The position numbers and the translations under genes are program-made. 64,000 nt of DNA. Source: an uncultured Nitrososphaerota archaeon. GTDB taxonomy: Archaea > Thermoproteota > Nitrososphaeria > Nitrososphaerales > Nitrosopumilaceae. Where the stretch lies: assembly GCA_963824385.1 (NCBI GenBank), contig CAWGPD010000001.1, positions 128,001-192,000 on the forward strand. The letters run 5' to 3'. How positions within the stretch are numbered: position 1 is the first letter of the stretch; every line of letters starts with the position of its first letter. Shown piece after piece: positions 59,976 to 64,000 of the stretch. A model generated the notes under the pieces. That model made no database searches, had not been told where the DNA came from, and worked only from the letters and a program-made list of their open reading frames with translations.

Positions 59976-61781
59976 ATGTCAGAAATCAACAAAACTGCGA
60001 TCTTTGGTTCAGAGTTAAAGATTCATAAATCGAGTTCACCAAATGTCGAAGAATTACGATCTATGAAAGACTTTGGCACCCTTGAATATGTTTTAGACAT
60101 ATACTCAAAAAATTGGACTTGGAAATTAACTGGTTCTAGAGCAGTCAGCATGGTAGCCCGCGTCATACCACATGCATGGTATGGTGACGGTCCAGAAGAG
60201 GCAATCGTTCCAGATACCATCCAAAATGTAGAGAAGATAAAATGGATCATGGATAGATATCCACTTGAGATTAGGTCAAAATCAATATGGCATAGAAAAG
60301 TTCGCAAAGTAATAGTACCACAAAAAAAGTGGACAAGAATTGAAAAGCTTCGAAAAGCAAATCCAGGGCAACAGTTTCGAGGAAAACTTCTTGACTTTCA
60401 AAGAGAAGGGCTTGATTTTCTACTCAAGTCATATGGAAATGCACTCTTGGCTGACGAGATGGGCCTTGGAAAAACTGTGCAGACCTTGGCATATCTTGCT
60501 ACAGAAAAACAAACGTTTCCAGTGTTGATTGTTGCTCCACTGGTAACATTAAACAACTGGCAAAGAGAGACTCAAAAATTCCTTAAAAAACGGAGTCGTA
60601 ATGGAAAAATAACTGAAGATGGATATCCATCATCTGTTTTAATTCGAACCGGTAAATCTCAAGAGATTCCAAAACATGATGTGTATATCATAAACTATGA
60701 TCTGCTTCATAAAAGAATAGACGACCTTTCAAAATTAAATATCAAAACAATTGTATGTGATGAAGTGCAACATCTACGTTCAAAGACAACTAAAAAATAT
60801 ATGGCTGTAAAAAAACTTGCAGCTCTTGATTCAGTAAAATACAGAGTTGGTTTATCTGGAACACCAATTTACAATAGAGGTTCAGAGATATGGCCAATTG
60901 TTGACATATTAAGACCCGGACTTTTAGGCACATTTGATGAATTTTGTGAGTACTTTTGCTATGTTAATGAAAAAGGAAAGGCCATCGTGCTTGAAAACAA
61001 GCGGGCAAGTTTGGGAGAAGAGTTACGCAAGCATGTCATGCTGAGACGAAAAAAATCTGATGTTCTAAAAGAGCTCAAAGAGAAGGTAAGATACAAGGAA
61101 CTGATTGATTCAGATATTAATTATTATCAGGCCGAGCTTGGTAAGATTTGGGAAAGATTAGAAAAAGAACAAAAGACTGCAACAAGTGCATTTGACAAGT
61201 TTTCATCATACAAGAGAGCAATACAGAGTGAGAGACAAGCTGCAGGAGTTGCCAAGGTTCCACATGTCATCGAATTTGTCAAAAATATAATGGAGATTGA
61301 AGAGAGCGTTGTGGTATTTTGTCATCACAAGGCAATACATGAATTACTTCATAGAAATTTGGCAGAGTATGCACCCGCTTCCATAATTGGAGGACAGAGT
61401 GACAAGGAAAGACAAGAAGGTATAGACAGATTCCAAAATGGTGAAACTAAACTCATCATAGCAGGTCTGCGCGCAGGAAATGTCGGCATTAATTTAAGCA
61501 GAGCAAGATACGTAATATTTGCAGAACTTGACTGGAGTCCTGCCATTCACAGACAAGCAGAAGATAGACTACATAGAATAGGTCAAAAAAACACAGTCTT
61601 TGCATATTATTTAATGGGCAATGGAACATTGGATGATCACGTGGCAGACGTATTGGTTGACAAGAGTTATGAAATTGATGCCATCATGGATGAAAAGGTA
61701 GAGACATTTGAAAACAAGGAAAAAGCAGAACTGATTTTAGCGCAGATTCACGACAAATTAGCTGCCAGTATTGGTAGATAG
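59976..61781 (+). CDS. SNF2 family helicase (SMARCAL1/HARP-like)
   Basis: LADEMGLGKT, DEVQH, LSGTP..N, MLRR.K.DVL, QAEDRLHRIGQ. Confidence 0.93.
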   Translation: MSEINKTAIFGSELKIHKSSSPNVEELRSMKDFGTLEYVLDIYSKNWTWKLTGSRAVSMVARVIPHAWYGDGPEEAIVPDTIQNVEKIKWIMDRYPLEIRSKSIWHRKVRKVIVPQKKWTRIEKLRKANPGQQFRGKLLDFQREGLDFLLKSYGNALLADEMGLGKTVQTLAYLATEKQTFPVLIVAPLVTLNNWQRETQKFLKKRSRNGKITEDGYPSSVLIRTGKSQEIPKHDVYIINYDLLHKRIDDLSKLNIKTIVCDEVQHLRSKTTKKYMAVKKLAALDSVKYRVGLSGTPIYNRGSEIWPIVDILRPGLLGTFDEFCEYFCYVNEKGKAIVLENKRASLGEELRKHVMLRRKKSDVLKELKEKVRYKELIDSDINYYQAELGKIWERLEKEQKTATSAFDKFSSYKRAIQSERQAAGVAKVPHVIEFVKNIMEIEESVVVFCHHKAIHELLHRNLAEYAPASIIGGQSDKERQEGIDRFQNGETKLIIAGLRAGNVGINLSRARYVIFAELDWSPAIHRQAEDRLHRIGQKNTVFAYYLMGNGTLDDHVADVLVDKSYEIDAIMDEKVETFENKEKAELILAQIHDKLAASIGR

Positions 61782-61782
61782 A

Positions 61783-61944
61783 TTATCCTTCTCTTACTTT
61801 ATACTGGTCAAAAAAATCCTGACCTTCACCTAATTTCTCTTTTAGAAACGATTCCAACTTCTTTATGACTTCGGCTCTTGGCATTTTTCCTTCTACAGTA
61901 TCATAGTATTGGGATTCTGACTCTCTGAATTTCTTGTAACTCAT
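61783..61944 (-). CDS. small hypothetical protein
   Basis: MSYKKFRESESQYY...; start uncertain. Confidence 0.6.
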   Translation of the reverse strand: MSYKKFRESESQYYDTVEGKMPRAEVIKKLESFLKEKLGEGQDFFDQYKVREG

Positions 61945-62039
61945 TGCCTTCATGATACAAATACGAGACACTAACACAAGTAGTTTCTGTATTTTGATGC
62001 ATTCAAGGTGTCAAGCATGAATTTGAAAGGTGTTTAGAC

Positions 62040-62053
62040 ATGGCATATGCCAT
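62040..62053. promoter_or_regulatory. perfect 14-bp palindrome between divergent genes
   Basis: ATGGCATATGCCAT. Confidence 0.4.
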
Positions 62054-62197
62054 CAATATTAGAGGATTTGTCATAATACTAGATTAGTAGAGAAATATTA
62101 GAACCCAGAATGATTAGGAATAGCTTTATTTTTTTGAACATTATGTGTAAAAAATTCAGTCCCAAGAATCAAATTGAAAAATAAAATCAATAAAAAA

Positions 62198-62362
62198 ATG
62201 TCGAATCAAACACTAATGGAACTTGTAAAAATAGCCGACAAGATAACTGTTGACGAAATTAAGGGTAAAAAAGTTACATTGAAGATAAGCTGGTTTGATG
62301 TAAAAGGAGCAAGAAAAACAAAAAAGTTTTTGCTCAATGAAAAAGACAATATTGAATTTTAG
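62198..62362 (+). CDS. small hypothetical protein
   Basis: MSNQTLMELVKIADKITV...LKISWFD.KG. Confidence 0.6.
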   Translation: MSNQTLMELVKIADKITVDEIKGKKVTLKISWFDVKGARKTKKFLLNEKDNIEF

Positions 62363-62656
62363 ATAAGATTCAGTATTTTACATTTCATTACATCCCAACT
62401 CTATTTTTATACAATTTCAGACACAGTATATCCATTAATGAAAATCAAGGTATAGATTTAACAGATCTGGAGCATAATTTACAGTGTCAAAAAATATGAT
62501 TGTGTACGAATAATTATGACTTTAGTATTGTATGCAAAAAAGCCGCATATGTTTAGCAAGTTATTTGTACTATACACTAGAGATTACGAATTCATGGACG
62601 ATGATGACGATGAGGAGTAACAATATCGAGTCAGATTTTTGAATCAATGTCAGTTA

Positions 62657-63088
62657 TTATCCACAGTGTGTCTGGATTATTTCTAAAATATTAAATGGGA
62701 TTTTCCCAAGATCAAGTTGCCTCTCAGAAGATACGAAAAGTACATTCTCGTTTATTGGAAAACTCATCAGTATTACTTTTCCTCTGTATGAAAGTGAGAA
62801 CTCAACTCTACCAAATTCTTCGTCAAACTCATGACGCATTCTCACCCTAAGTGAGAGTTCCATGAACAGCATTTCGTCTTTTTTGGCATCTTCGAGAGAT
62901 TTGAGACCTTGTCTCATTCCACCCGCAACAAGTTTGCCCTTACCGTTGATTATCCTAGCAGACCGAATCATTTCATCCAATTCAAAAACTTTCTTGCATA
63001 TTACATCAAAATTAGACTTGGATTCATCATCAGACATCACCGTAATGAATCCATTCTGGCAAATTAACTTTGGTTTCACCTCAAACAT
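62657..63088 (-). CDS. DUF6659 (roadblock-like) family protein
   Basis: IRSARIIN..GKLVAGGMR.G, MRHEFDEEFG.V, VILMSFP. Confidence 0.8.
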   Translation of the reverse strand: MFEVKPKLICQNGFITVMSDDESKSNFDVICKKVFELDEMIRSARIINGKGKLVAGGMRQGLKSLEDAKKDEMLFMELSLRVRMRHEFDEEFGRVEFSLSYRGKVILMSFPINENVLFVSSERQLDLGKIPFNILEIIQTHCG

Positions 63089-63187
63089 AATTCAGATACT
63101 TTTTTGCAATCCATAGACTGAAAGAGCAAAGTTTATGCATTACAACCAAGTATATCATACACGAATTACAAGGCATTATTTGACAAG

Positions 63188-63541
63188 GTGATGGGAATTG
63201 ATCCCAAAATTCGATTTGCCACAATATTTGACATGAGTGGGAAGGTTTTGTTCAGTGCTCACCGAGAAGGAGTGGAGAACCTGCTTTCATCAGAAGAGAG
63301 TCAGAAATCATTACAGCTTGCAATCAACGCATGGAAGTCTAGAAATGAAGTTTCAGATAAGATAGGAAAGGGAAAATATGCTCTGGTAGAATATGAAAAA
63401 TTAAAACGAATTACAATGCCTTTGGATTCAGAGCACATACTCTACATTACAACGGATGTTGAAGCAGATCATGCTCCAATAATTTACAGAGCATTGAGAT
63501 TGAAAAATGACGCACTACATTCCCCTGAAGGAATGCCCTAG
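63188..63541 (+). CDS. DUF6659 (roadblock-like) family protein
   Basis: DPKIRFATI.D..GK, IGKGKYALVEYEKLKRITMPL. Confidence 0.8.
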   Translation: MMGIDPKIRFATIFDMSGKVLFSAHREGVENLLSSEESQKSLQLAINAWKSRNEVSDKIGKGKYALVEYEKLKRITMPLDSEHILYITTDVEADHAPIIYRALRLKNDALHSPEGMP

Positions 63542-63787
63542 AATAATCAAATTAAAATACTTCTCATACCAATACTAATTAGAAATGCCAATCGATCTAG
63601 TGACAGTGTTGAGTCATATCATAGCATTATGCACTGGTGGAACTATTCACCCATAATCAAAAATTAGACTATATTTATTAAAAAAATTCAGTGTGCGCGG
63701 ACGAGTAGATTTTTCACATTATTGTAACAAATTACACGCTATTGTAGTAGATGATCTAAATAGTGTCATGTACACAATTCTATTGAA

Positions 63788-63982
63788 TTGGATACAATAC
63801 CGTCAAGAGAAAAAATAAAGATCGGAATCAGTGTAGCCATAGTTCAAAAACAGGACCAAAGGTCTGGCAAATTAACTGAGGGAGTAGTGAAACGAATTCT
63901 TACCTCAAGCAGCTTTCATCCTCATGGAATCAAAGTAGAACTAGAAAGTGGGAAGATAGGCAGAGTACAGAAAATATCTTGA
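63788..63982 (+). CDS. YwbE (DUF2196) family protein
   Basis: QKQDQRSGKLTEG.V..ILT.S..HPHGIKV.L..G..GRVQ. Confidence 0.92.
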   Translation: MDTIPSREKIKIGISVAIVQKQDQRSGKLTEGVVKRILTSSSFHPHGIKVELESGKIGRVQKIS

Positions 63983-64000
63983 ATTTCAGTAGGATGAATT

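Noticed and set aside
62516..62620. Short ORF ending MDDDDDEE
   Set aside because: 34 codons, unclear start and no motif; may be a gene remnant, but cannot be supported.

Overview
AT-rich, gene-dense archaeal chromosome segment, almost certainly Nitrososphaerota (Thaumarchaeota, ammonia-oxidising archaea, probably Nitrosotalea/Nitrosopumilales-like). The assignment rests on the Ser-type thaumarchaeosortase, Alba, aEF-1beta, CDC48, RpoE1/Spt4, nurA-herA-mre11-rad50, a membrane tandem cupredoxin and DUF6659 proteins. Most genes are core housekeeping: SMC, Ino1, deoxyhypusine synthase, DinB, NreA, NAD synthesis, proline catabolism, Tat, PurP, CorA and a SNF2 helicase. I recognised no rRNA, tRNA, CRISPR array or transposase. 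Main observations: (1) an Lrp-domain gene, an MshC-like truncated CysRS paralog with a remodelled metal site and a translationally coupled GNAT form a unit near ino1, a candidate amino-acid ligase/acetylase pathway; (2) a half-size HEAT protein carries deoxyhypusine-hydroxylase-type His-Glu motifs; (3) nine genes are broken, four exactly at AG(A/T)CT (AGCT plus one base) and one at GAATC (GATC plus one base), which suggests methylation-driven base-calling errors rather than pseudogenes; (4) two secreted repeat proteins; (5) several Cys/His-rich microproteins missed by the ORF track; (6) some structured or palindromic intergenic elements. All functional calls come from reading motifs by eye; no database searches were run.
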